Shown: in pieces, positions 48,191 through 56,173 of the stretch
Layout of the letters: every line of letters begins with the position of its first letter
Position numbering within the stretch: the stretch's first letter is position 1
Origin: SAR202 cluster bacterium
Lineage (GTDB): Bacteria > Chloroflexota > Dehalococcoidia > Lucifugimonadales > Australimonadaceae
Length of the DNA: 64,000 nt
Direction of reading: 5' to 3'
NCBI GenBank assembly: GCA_016872415.1
Contig: VGZX01000002.1
Coordinates: 19,447-83,446 of the forward strand
Program-made: the position numbers and the translations under genes
Notes under the pieces: model-generated
Seen by the model: only the letters and a program-made list of their open reading frames with translations
Database searches by the model: none
Told to the model about the DNA's origin: nothing

Positions 48191-49402
48191 CTACCCGGCG
48201 CCCACCACGTCCTCGGCCACCAGCTCGGCGACCTGCTGGTCGGTCAAGCGCAGCACCTCGCGCAGCACCTCGGCGGTATGCTCGCCGAGTTGCGGCGCCA
48301 CGAAGCGCGGTCCGCTGGGCGTGCGTGACATTTTGATCGGGTTGCCGGTCGACTTCCATGTCCCGAAAACCGGGTGCGGCAGGTCGACGAACATCTCGCG
48401 GTGACGCATCTGGGGGTCGCTCGCCACCTCGGCGATGTTCTGCACCGGCCCCACCGGCAGCCCCATGTCGCCGAGTATCTCCACCCACTCGGCGTTCGTC
48501 TTCCGGAGGAACGCCTCGTTGAGGTGCGGGATCAGCTCGTCGTAGCGTTGCGTGCGCTTCCAGCCGGTGTCGTAGCGCTCGTCGTCGATCCATTCGGGAT
48601 GATCGAGGGCGGCACAGAGCAGCGGCCATTGATCGGTGCCGCCGCCCATGATGGCGACGACGACGTGTCCGTCCTTCGTCTTGAACGCCTGGAACGGCGT
48701 GGAGCTGGGGTGCCGCGAACCGAGGCGCCGGGGGACCTCGCCCAACGTGAAGTAGCGCGAGAAGGCGTTTTCCATGATCGCCACCTGGCAGTCCATCATG
48801 CCGATGTCGATGTATTGGCCCTTGCCGGAGCGTTCTCGCTCCAACAGCGCGGCCAGCACGGCATTGCCGGTGAACAGCGCGGCGGTGATGTCGCCGATGC
48901 TGGTGCCGACGCGCACCGGCTCGCCGCCGGGCTCGCCCGTGATGCTCATGAGGCCGCCCATGCCCTGCACGATGACGTCGAGCGCGGGCCGCGCCGCGTA
49001 GGGCCCTGTTTGCCCGAAGCCGGAGATGCTCGCCATGACGAGCCGCGGGTTCACCTGGCTCAACACGTCGTAGGTCAGGTTGAATTTTCGCATCGTGCCG
49101 GGACGGTAGTTCTCCAGCAGCACGTCGAAGTGGGGCACCATGCGCAGGAACAGATCGCGGCCCTTGGGCGAATTGAGGTCGATGGCGACGCCGCGCTTGT
49201 TGCGGTTGATGGACATGAAGTAGGAACTGAAGCGGTTCTCCTTGTCCATGAACGGCCCGTTGCCGCGCGCCGGGTCGCCGTTGTCCGGCTCCTCGACCTT
49301 CACCACGTCAGCGCCCAGGTCGGCGAGCACCATGCTGCAGAACGGGCCCGATAGGATGCGGGTGAGGTCGAGAACGCGGATACCGTCAAGTGGGCCGGGC
49401 AT
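48191..49402 (-). CDS. Family III CoA-transferase (CaiB/BaiF family)
   Basis: MPGPLDGIRVLDLTRILSGPFCSMVLADLGADVVKVE... . GGAGG lies 8 nt upstream of ATG 49402. The remaining upstream 225 codons of ORF 48191-50077 are not credible. Confidence 0.85.
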   Translation of the reverse strand: MPGPLDGIRVLDLTRILSGPFCSMVLADLGADVVKVEEPDNGDPARGNGPFMDKENRFSSYFMSINRNKRGVAIDLNSPKGRDLFLRMVPHFDVLLENYRPGTMRKFNLTYDVLSQVNPRLVMASISGFGQTGPYAARPALDVIVQGMGGLMSITGEPGGEPVRVGTSIGDITAALFTGNAVLAALLERERSGKGQYIDIGMMDCQVAIMENAFSRYFTLGEVPRRLGSRHPSSTPFQAFKTKDGHVVVAIMGGGTDQWPLLCAALDHPEWIDDERYDTGWKRTQRYDELIPHLNEAFLRKTNAEWVEILGDMGLPVGPVQNIAEVASDPQMRHREMFVDLPHPVFGTWKSTGNPIKMSRTPSGPRFVAPQLGEHTAEVLREVLRLTDQQVAELVAEDVVGAG

Positions 49403-49589
49403 GTGCGACACCTCCAGCGAGACATGGGCCGATTGTAGCGGTACGTGGCCACCACGGCACGTCGCCGATGCCGTGTCGCGACACGAGGCGCCTTGGCGGC
49501 ACGTCCGGCGCGCCGTCCATCGCACGGACGCGATTGCCGGTGGGTGGCCGCCTCCGTATGATGCGGTCAACGTGCGACGGAGGGCTATC

Positions 49590-50384
49590 GTGGACCTAGG
49601 ACTCGCCGGCAAGGTCGCCATCGTCGGTGGCGCGAGCAAGGGCATCGGCTTCGCGGCCGCGCACGCGCTCGCGGCCGAGGGCGCGCGGGTCGCCATCGTC
49701 GCGCGCAACGCCGCCGAGGTCGCCGACGCCATCAAGCGGATAGGCAACGCCACCGAGCCGGGCCGCGTGCTCGGCGTGGCCGCCGACCTCGGGACCGGCG
49801 CCGGCGCTGAGTCCGCGTTCGCGGAAGCCTCGCGACGCTGGGGGGCGGTCGACATCGTCGTGAACAACCTCGGCGGACCGCCGCCCGGCCAGCCGTCGGC
49901 GATCACCGACGAACAGTGGCTGGCGGCGTTCAACCTCAACTTCTTCAGCGCCGTGCGGCTCAACCGCCTCGCGCTGCCGGGCATGCGCCAGCGCAAGTTC
50001 GGCCGCATCGTCACCGTGCTCTCGCTCGCGATCAAGCAGCCGGAGGACAACCTCGCCACGTCGACCGTCGCGCGCACGGCCGCCGCCGCCTACGCCAAGG
50101 TGCTCTCGACCGAGGTCGCGGCGGAGGGCATCACGGTCAACAACGTGCTGCCCGGCTCCATCGCGACGGGGAGGTTGCAGGCGGTCGCCGAGATGCAGGC
50201 CCGGTTCCACAACCGCGACGTGAGCACGGCGATGCAGCAGCGGCTGGAGCTGATCCCCGCGCGCCGCTTCGGCGAGCCGGAGGAGGTCGGCGGCCTCATC
50301 GCGTACCTCGCGTCGACGCGGGCGGGGTTCATCACGGGCCTCAGCATCCCCGTGGACGGCGGCCAGCTGCGGTCGATGTTCTAA
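49590..50384 (+). CDS. Short-chain dehydrogenase/reductase (SDR)
   Basis: GTG 49590 has GGAGG 6 nt upstream. It has GKVAIVGGASKGIG (TGxxxGxG-type) and NNLG, plus a catalytic-type region AAAAYAKVL... followed by PG. Confidence 0.85.
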   Translation: MDLGLAGKVAIVGGASKGIGFAAAHALAAEGARVAIVARNAAEVADAIKRIGNATEPGRVLGVAADLGTGAGAESAFAEASRRWGAVDIVVNNLGGPPPGQPSAITDEQWLAAFNLNFFSAVRLNRLALPGMRQRKFGRIVTVLSLAIKQPEDNLATSTVARTAAAAYAKVLSTEVAAEGITVNNVLPGSIATGRLQAVAEMQARFHNRDVSTAMQQRLELIPARRFGEPEEVGGLIAYLASTRAGFITGLSIPVDGGQLRSMF

Positions 50385-50400
50385 CGAACGGAGGTCCGGC

Positions 50401-51573
50401 ATGGCGACTCCCTTGCGGCAGGCGCAAGAGTTCCTCGTGGCGAGCGACGCGATGGACGCCTGGCTGGTGTACGACTACCAGGGCATGAACCCCGCCTTCG
50501 CCGACCTCGTCGGCGCGACGGGCTTCCTCACGCGCCCCGTGTTCCTGCTCGTCCCGCCCGCCGGGCGGCCGGTGCTGCTGCACGCGGGCGTCGATGGCGG
50601 GCGCATCGACGTGCCGGAAGTCGATGCGCGGCGCTACGTCGGCCTCGACGATTGCCACCGCCAATTGCGGGCGCTGCTGCGACCGTACCGGCGCCTGGCG
50701 ATGGAATATTCGCCGATGCGCCGCTTGCCCCGCGCCTCGCGCGTCGACGCCGGCACGGTCGAGCTCGTGCGCTCGTTCGGCATCGAGGTGGTCTCCTCGG
50801 CGGAGCTGCTGCAATACGCGACGCAGCGTTGGACGGCGGCGGGATTGGCGTCGCACCGGCGCGCCGCGGAGGCCATCCACCGCATCGTCATCGAGGCCTT
50901 CGGTCGCATCGGCGAGCGGTTGGCGAGCGGCGTGACCGAGCACGACATCGCGGAGTTCATTCGCTCGCGCTTCGGCGAGGAGGGGCTGTGGACGGACCAC
51001 GGCCCGGTGGTCGCGGCGAACGGCCACGCGTCAGAGCCGCACTTCGAGCCGTCGCCGGAGCACGGCGCCCGCTTCGAGCGCGGCGATTGGGTGCTCATCG
51101 ACCTCTGGGCGCGCGACCCCGGCCCGGACGGCATCTTCGCCGATATCACTTGGGTCGGCTATGTGGGCGACAAGGTGCCCGCGGCGCACCAGCGCATCTT
51201 CGACCTCGTGGCCGGCGCGCGCGACATCGCCGCCGAATTCCTGCGCGAGCGCATCGCCAGCGGGCGCAACGCCCAGGGGTGGGAGGTCGACAAGGTGGCG
51301 CGCGACCACATCGCGCGGTCGGGCCACGGCGACCGGTTCTTTCACCGCCTGGGGCACAGTCTCGGCAGGCAGGTGCACGCGGGCGGCGTGAACCTCGACA
51401 GCACCGAGACGCACGACGAGCGCACGTTCTTGCACGGGCTGGGCTTCACCATTGAGCCGGGCGTCTACCTGCCCGAGTTCGGGGTACGCTCCGAGATCGA
51501 CCTACATATCGGCCCGGCAGGCCTCGAGATCACGACGCCGGTGCAGCGCGAGGTGGTGCGGATTGCCGGCTAG
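50401..51573 (+). CDS. M24-family metallopeptidase (Xaa-Pro aminopeptidase-like)
   Basis: A pita-bread-fold C-terminal half with metal ligands in DLWARD..., FHRLGHSLG and FTIEPGVY. Confidence 0.8.
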   Translation: MATPLRQAQEFLVASDAMDAWLVYDYQGMNPAFADLVGATGFLTRPVFLLVPPAGRPVLLHAGVDGGRIDVPEVDARRYVGLDDCHRQLRALLRPYRRLAMEYSPMRRLPRASRVDAGTVELVRSFGIEVVSSAELLQYATQRWTAAGLASHRRAAEAIHRIVIEAFGRIGERLASGVTEHDIAEFIRSRFGEEGLWTDHGPVVAANGHASEPHFEPSPEHGARFERGDWVLIDLWARDPGPDGIFADITWVGYVGDKVPAAHQRIFDLVAGARDIAAEFLRERIASGRNAQGWEVDKVARDHIARSGHGDRFFHRLGHSLGRQVHAGGVNLDSTETHDERTFLHGLGFTIEPGVYLPEFGVRSEIDLHIGPAGLEITTPVQREVVRIAG

Positions 51574-51621
51574 CGACCATGACGCGCCGCGGACCTGCCG
51601 GGGTTCACCCGTGAGCAGGCG

Positions 51622-51830
51622 ATGTCGCGCCCTAATGTGACCCTCACCCGAGAAGAAGGCGGCCGGTATCGCGTGGCCGTGCCGCCCCCGCCTGGTTGCC
51701 AGGCGTGGAACGAAACGCATGAGGAGGCAATGGTCGTGGCGAACAGGCCATTGACCGCTACCCCGACGATCTCCGCGCGCATGACGAGCCGGTCCCGCCC
51801 GAGGACACGATTGTCGTCGCGGCCGGCTGA
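51622..51830 (+). pseudogene. hicB: HicB-family antitoxin gene, frameshifted and without hicA
   Basis: Frame A reads MSRPNVTLTREEGGRYRVAVPPPPGCQAWNETHEEAMVVAN. From 51744 a different frame continues QAIDRYPDDLRAHDEPVPPEDTIVVAAG, ending at TGA 51828-51830. Joined together they give a typical ~69-aa HicB N-terminal domain. A 1-nt loss near 51743 explains the break. Confidence 0.6.
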
Positions 51831-51866
51831 AGGCGCCGCGATGGACGGCACCTCGCGCGCCGTTGC

Positions 51867-53429
51867 CTAGTCGCCCTTCATAAGCGCGTCGCCGACCTCG
51901 TTGATCGCGACCGACTCGATGGCGATCTCCGGGGCGTGGACGATCTCGTCGGCGTTCCAAACCACCGTCGGCTTCTTCTCGCGCCCAATGCCGATGATGC
52001 CGTTCAATATGCGGTGCGTGTTGTCGTTCAGGCGCACCGCGTTGGGCTGCAGCGGCTTGCCGAGGCGGCCGTCTTTGATGAGGTAGGAATCGCCGATGAC
52101 GGTGCAGGTGAAGTCACCCTGCGTGATGCCGTTGATGGGGTACGTGTACCAGATGCGGCCGATGTAGATGCCGTCGCCGACGCGGCGCAACAGCTCGTCG
52201 GTCGGCACCTCCTCCGTTCCTTCCACCATCACGTTCGTCGCGGCGATGCCCGGTGGCTGCGTGAAGTGCCGTCCGCCGCCCATGCCGAAGCGGAAGCCGT
52301 TGCGCGGCGCGATGGCCGCCACGTAAAGGTTGGGATCGACTCCCAGCTTCCTCGCGCCCTCGGGATCGTGCAGCGCGCGCTGGTGCTCGTACCAGTTGGC
52401 GAGCAGCCCCACCAGGCGGCCATGCCGGATGAGGTCGGTGCGACCTGTGGGCAGGCCTTCGTCGGTGACCCCCTTGCTCGCCGCGAGGCCGCGCAGCGCG
52501 CCGTGGTCGTACATGCTGAGCGTGCGCGACGCGATCTGCTTGCCAAGCTTGCCCTGGAACGGCGAGGCCCATGCGTGGAACAGCCCCAGGCTGAGCCCCG
52601 GCAGCACGAGGTTGTTCAGGATGTCGGTCACCGGTTGCGGCCCCAGCACCACCCGGTATTCACCCTCCGGTATCCGCACTCCATCGGCGGCGCGAATCGC
52701 GTTGCGGGCGGCATCGTCGCCGGGGCCGTCGCCGAAGCCCGCAAGCGTGCCGCCCACGTGCCAGCCGGTGCCCTTGGTGTTGCGCCGCTCGACCATCGAC
52801 GTGGCGACGGACGAGATGAGGGCCGTCTCGTCGCCGATCACGGCGCCCTCGACGGTGTTGCCCACCGCAACGCGCTCTTGAATCACCATCATGTCGCCGG
52901 TCAGAATCAGCCCCAGGTCCTTCACGGTATCGGGCGACCTCGACCACTCCAGCAACGCCTCGGACGACTGGAATACCTCCAACGCCCCATCGACGACGCG
53001 CCAGCCGAGATCGACCAGGCCGGCGTCGTCCAGTTTCATCAGGGCAGGGTCGTGATATTTGATGAGCGAGCGTCGCGGCTTCGCGCCCATGCGCGGCAGC
53101 GACACGAACTCAGGGTCGGGCACCGCGCCGCGGCGGGCCTTGTCAAGCGCTTGCGCGACGCCGGCCAGGGTCATGTCGCTCGGCTCGCTGCCGAACCCCT
53201 GCTTGATGCCGCCGCCGTCGCGGAACACGACGCGTAGCCCCACGCCGAACGACTCGTTCGACTTTGGCTCCTCGACGCCGTTGGATGGAATGTGCGACGT
53301 GAACGCCAGCCGCGTGATGAGGTTGGCGTTCGCGGCCATGAAGACCTCCGCCTCTTGCACGTCCGGCACGGTCCGCAGATAGGCGATGGCGTCGGCCACG
53401 GCTCGCTTCAGTTGAGGCACGGTAAGCAT
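51867..53429 (-). CDS. TldE/PmbA-type partner of the TldD metalloprotease (no HExxxH)
   Basis: 520 aa with TldD/PmbA-family features (...GVGLRV..., a C-terminal beta-rich region). I found no HExxxH motif. The ATG overlaps the rmuC stop (TAATG). Confidence 0.75.
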   Translation of the reverse strand: MLTVPQLKRAVADAIAYLRTVPDVQEAEVFMAANANLITRLAFTSHIPSNGVEEPKSNESFGVGLRVVFRDGGGIKQGFGSEPSDMTLAGVAQALDKARRGAVPDPEFVSLPRMGAKPRRSLIKYHDPALMKLDDAGLVDLGWRVVDGALEVFQSSEALLEWSRSPDTVKDLGLILTGDMMVIQERVAVGNTVEGAVIGDETALISSVATSMVERRNTKGTGWHVGGTLAGFGDGPGDDAARNAIRAADGVRIPEGEYRVVLGPQPVTDILNNLVLPGLSLGLFHAWASPFQGKLGKQIASRTLSMYDHGALRGLAASKGVTDEGLPTGRTDLIRHGRLVGLLANWYEHQRALHDPEGARKLGVDPNLYVAAIAPRNGFRFGMGGGRHFTQPPGIAATNVMVEGTEEVPTDELLRRVGDGIYIGRIWYTYPINGITQGDFTCTVIGDSYLIKDGRLGKPLQPNAVRLNDNTHRILNGIIGIGREKKPTVVWNADEIVHAPEIAIESVAINEVGDALMKGD

Positions 53430-54559
53430 TAGCTATCCTTCTCGTCCGATATGTCCGCCGCGACGAGCGCCAGGTCGGGCTCCTCGCCGGGCGCGACGTC
53501 GATGCCGCGTTGCTGGCGCAGCGCCTCGATCCGGTCGAGCGGGCGTTGGAGCCGACGCTTGCGCGGACCCACCGCTTCGTCGAAGGCCTTTTGCGTCGAC
53601 GCCAGCCGCCTGCCGATCAGCTCCAGGCTGCCGTTGAATTTGGCCCACTCCTCGTTGAAGCGGCCGATCAGCGCGACGATCTGCTCCGACTCCCGTTGCA
53701 GGGCAAAGGTGTCGACCGCCTGCCGCACGACGGCGAGCACGGCGAACAGTGTCATCGGCGAGCAGCAGATCACGCGGCTCCGCAGCGCCGCATCGAGCAC
53801 GCCGGTGTCCTGCTCGTGGATGAACGCGTACAGCGACTCGTTCGGAATGAACAGCAGCACGTAGTCAACCGTGCCACCCTCGGGATCGATGTATTCGCGC
53901 CCCGTGACCTCGCGCACTCGCGCGCGCACGTCGCGCAGAAACGCCGCCTTCCGCGCCTCGCGATCGCCGTCGGACTGGGCGGCGAGGTAGCCGAGGTAGT
54001 TGTCCAGCGGAAACTTCACGTCCATGTTCATGCGGAGCCCGCCGGGCAGCAGGAACACGAAATCAGGACGCGAGCCGGCGCCCTCGACCACCGCCTGCTT
54101 GCGGTAGTTCACGCCCTCGACGAACCCGATGAGCCGCAGGATGTCGTCGGCCATGCGCTCGCCCCACTGGCCGCGAGCGCGCGTGCTGCTCAACGCCTCG
54201 CGCAGCGTCGAAGTGGTGGTGGTGAGCGCGGCGGTCTGCTCGCCGACGAGCTTCAGCTGCGTACTCAATGCGCTGAACTGGCCCGCCCGCTCCTTCTCGA
54301 CGCCCTGCACGAAGGTCGTGACCTGTTGCAGTGTCGCGCCCATCTGCTCAAGCCGCTGGTCGATGAGTGCTTTCTTGCCGGTGAGGTCCGACGCGGCTGC
54401 CTCGGCCTGGCGGGCGAAGCGTTGCTCGGCGAGCGTCAGCAGCTGCTCCGAGGCGCGGGCGAGGTCGGCTGACTTGGAGCCCTGCCGACGCAGCGCCATC
54501 GCCAGCGCGATGGCGAGCAGCCCCACCGCGACCGCGAGCACGACGACGGCGGCTTCCAT
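53429..54559 (-). CDS. rmuC: DNA recombination protein RmuC (PD-(D/E)xK-like nuclease domain)
   Basis: An N-terminal TM and a coiled coil are followed by ...SRPDFVFLLPGGLRMNMDVKFPL...VDYVLLFIPNESLYAF...VICCSPMTLFAVLAVVRQ, which is colinear with E. coli RmuC. Confidence 0.85.
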   Translation of the reverse strand: MEAAVVVLAVAVGLLAIALAMALRRQGSKSADLARASEQLLTLAEQRFARQAEAAASDLTGKKALIDQRLEQMGATLQQVTTFVQGVEKERAGQFSALSTQLKLVGEQTAALTTTTSTLREALSSTRARGQWGERMADDILRLIGFVEGVNYRKQAVVEGAGSRPDFVFLLPGGLRMNMDVKFPLDNYLGYLAAQSDGDREARKAAFLRDVRARVREVTGREYIDPEGGTVDYVLLFIPNESLYAFIHEQDTGVLDAALRSRVICCSPMTLFAVLAVVRQAVDTFALQRESEQIVALIGRFNEEWAKFNGSLELIGRRLASTQKAFDEAVGPRKRRLQRPLDRIEALRQQRGIDVAPGEEPDLALVAADISDEKDS

Positions 54560-54561
54560 TA
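54552..54561. repeat. Left copy of the 10-bp direct repeat GCTTCCATTA flanking the foreign ORF
   Basis: An exact 10/10 match with 56156-56165. It spans the rmuC start codon and the foreign ORF stop codon. Confidence 0.9.
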
Positions 54562-56163
54562 GATGCCCTTCTTCGATCCGGGTGACGGTAAATGCATTTC
54601 GAATAAAGCAGTAAGAAAACCTTCCCTACCAATAACGAAGAATGTCCTGTAGATATTCCAGACACCCTTCGATGGCACATCTGTCTCGTGCTCTGAGATG
54701 TTGCGCTTGCTAAGAAGTTCTGTTTCTAACCATCGCAGCGGCCCATCTCGAAATTGGAGCACCTTTGCATTCGTTAGTCCTTTCTTGCGTAGCAGCTCAC
54801 CAAATCTGGAGGTTCGAAAAAGAAATGCCCAGTCTGCCAGTGTAGCTTTGGCCGGTAGCGATGCTCTAACAGGAGGCTGCTTGGATCGCCTAGTTTTTAG
54901 ATGTTCCGTGAGTGCTCTGTCTGATAATAGAGAACCAAAGAACAGATCAAAGATTGCTTCTGTTACCGTCTGCAGGCAGTTGAGAGCCATTGCCGCCGGT
55001 GTCGGTTCTTCAGCAAATACAATGTCGTCTGCAGCGATAAAGCGATCGCGAGCTCGCTGCGGGAATAGATTCCACATCTGGTCGTTGACAAAATAGCGTC
55101 TCAGCCGCTGTTCTGCTGCTCGTTTCGCTGGCCCAGGCTCTTGAGAATTTAGTACTTCCTTTAGGTATGGGTAAATATTCTCTCTTGAGAGTAAAGACTT
55201 ATGCTTAGCCACTGCGGCTGCAATTTCCAGTTGCCAATTCGGATCTATATCGTCTTCGTTCGCTTCCCTCATGGCGTCTAGGAAATCCAGAACCTTGCGG
55301 CCCCCTGCCTCATCCGTAAGTGCCCTATCTTCAACCAATTCGTAGCCTTGCCACAGATAGCTAAACGCCATGTCCCCGGCATTGAGGGGCTCGTTATTAG
55401 ATGCCAGCGGGTCAGTTGTGGACTCGTCCCAATCAATCAATGACGGTATGAATTTGATTGGCCATCGATACTTCACAGTTTGGCCGTAAGCGTCAATATC
55501 CATGAAGCTTGTGAACCGCACAAGAGTCGGTAACGAAAAGCTAGGTGGGTGCTCTGCTTCGTGCTCATAGTGACTGAAGTCATATCTAAAAGCCGGGTCC
55601 CACACTTCCATTGTCTTCCGTATCGCAGCAGTTGCATGCTCTAGACTACCAACGTGATCTTTGTTGTATCGCCTGAGATCCAGTAGTGCCCAGTGCGCCC
55701 AGCCAGCCAATGCGTGGGCACCCAATTCATTCACAGGGAGCTCATGGGTAAGGTCGTTACCTCCCCACTCAGGCTGCAATATCGCTAGCCCAGAGAGAAC
55801 TCGCTCCCAAGCGGGCTCGCACCTTTCGGTTGGTTGGTAGTAATCGATGTGCATAAAGCACTGGCCGATGACGCATGCTAAATGGGCATTGGCAAGTAAG
55901 CGCTCAGGAGAAGGCTTCTCATCCGGTTGCCGTCTGCTAGCGTGCTCCTCAAGCTGAAAAATATGATTAGCTAGCCATTCGTAGTCATCGGTCGAGGGGT
56001 ACGTTCCCTCGTCCGGGCGATGAACGATCCATGCGAGATCGATAGCCTGACTTACAAACTCCGACTCCGATGAACTTTGTTCTCTGTAGAGAGCAATGAA
56101 AGCACGCCCCTCGGATCGATGCTCGCGGCTTGGTGGTAGGTGCGGAATCGGCAATGCTTCCAT
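54559..56163 (-). CDS. Compositionally foreign hypothetical protein (534 aa) with a C-terminal R-N-x3-H (HEPN-like) motif
   Basis: A long uninterrupted ORF in a region far lower in GC than its surroundings. The ATG at 56163 lies 10 nt after the tldD stop (GGGGG in between). Its stop overlaps the rmuC start (TAATG). There is no TM segment or signal peptide. KRNISEH is encoded at 54688-54708. Confidence 0.8.
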   Translation of the reverse strand: MEALPIPHLPPSREHRSEGRAFIALYREQSSSESEFVSQAIDLAWIVHRPDEGTYPSTDDYEWLANHIFQLEEHASRRQPDEKPSPERLLANAHLACVIGQCFMHIDYYQPTERCEPAWERVLSGLAILQPEWGGNDLTHELPVNELGAHALAGWAHWALLDLRRYNKDHVGSLEHATAAIRKTMEVWDPAFRYDFSHYEHEAEHPPSFSLPTLVRFTSFMDIDAYGQTVKYRWPIKFIPSLIDWDESTTDPLASNNEPLNAGDMAFSYLWQGYELVEDRALTDEAGGRKVLDFLDAMREANEDDIDPNWQLEIAAAVAKHKSLLSRENIYPYLKEVLNSQEPGPAKRAAEQRLRRYFVNDQMWNLFPQRARDRFIAADDIVFAEEPTPAAMALNCLQTVTEAIFDLFFGSLLSDRALTEHLKTRRSKQPPVRASLPAKATLADWAFLFRTSRFGELLRKKGLTNAKVLQFRDGPLRWLETELLSKRNISEHETDVPSKGVWNIYRTFFVIGREGFLTALFEMHLPSPGSKKGI

Positions 56164-56165
56164 TA
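56156..56165. repeat. Right copy of the 10-bp direct repeat GCTTCCATTA flanking the foreign ORF
   Basis: An exact 10/10 match with 54552-54561. It spans the foreign ORF start codon. Confidence 0.9.
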
Positions 56166-56173
56166 TGCGCCCC

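Noticed and set aside
49403-50077. The N-terminal 225-codon extension of the CoA-transferase ORF (ORF track 48191-50077).
   Set aside because: The family-typical N-terminus MPGPLDGIRVLDLT starts at 49402 with GGAGG 8 nt upstream. The extension overlaps the SDR gene on the opposite strand.
51574-51621. A hicA toxin gene upstream of the hicB remnant.
   Set aside because: Only 48 nt separate the M24 peptidase stop from the hicB ATG. No HicA-like ORF exists on either strand nearby.
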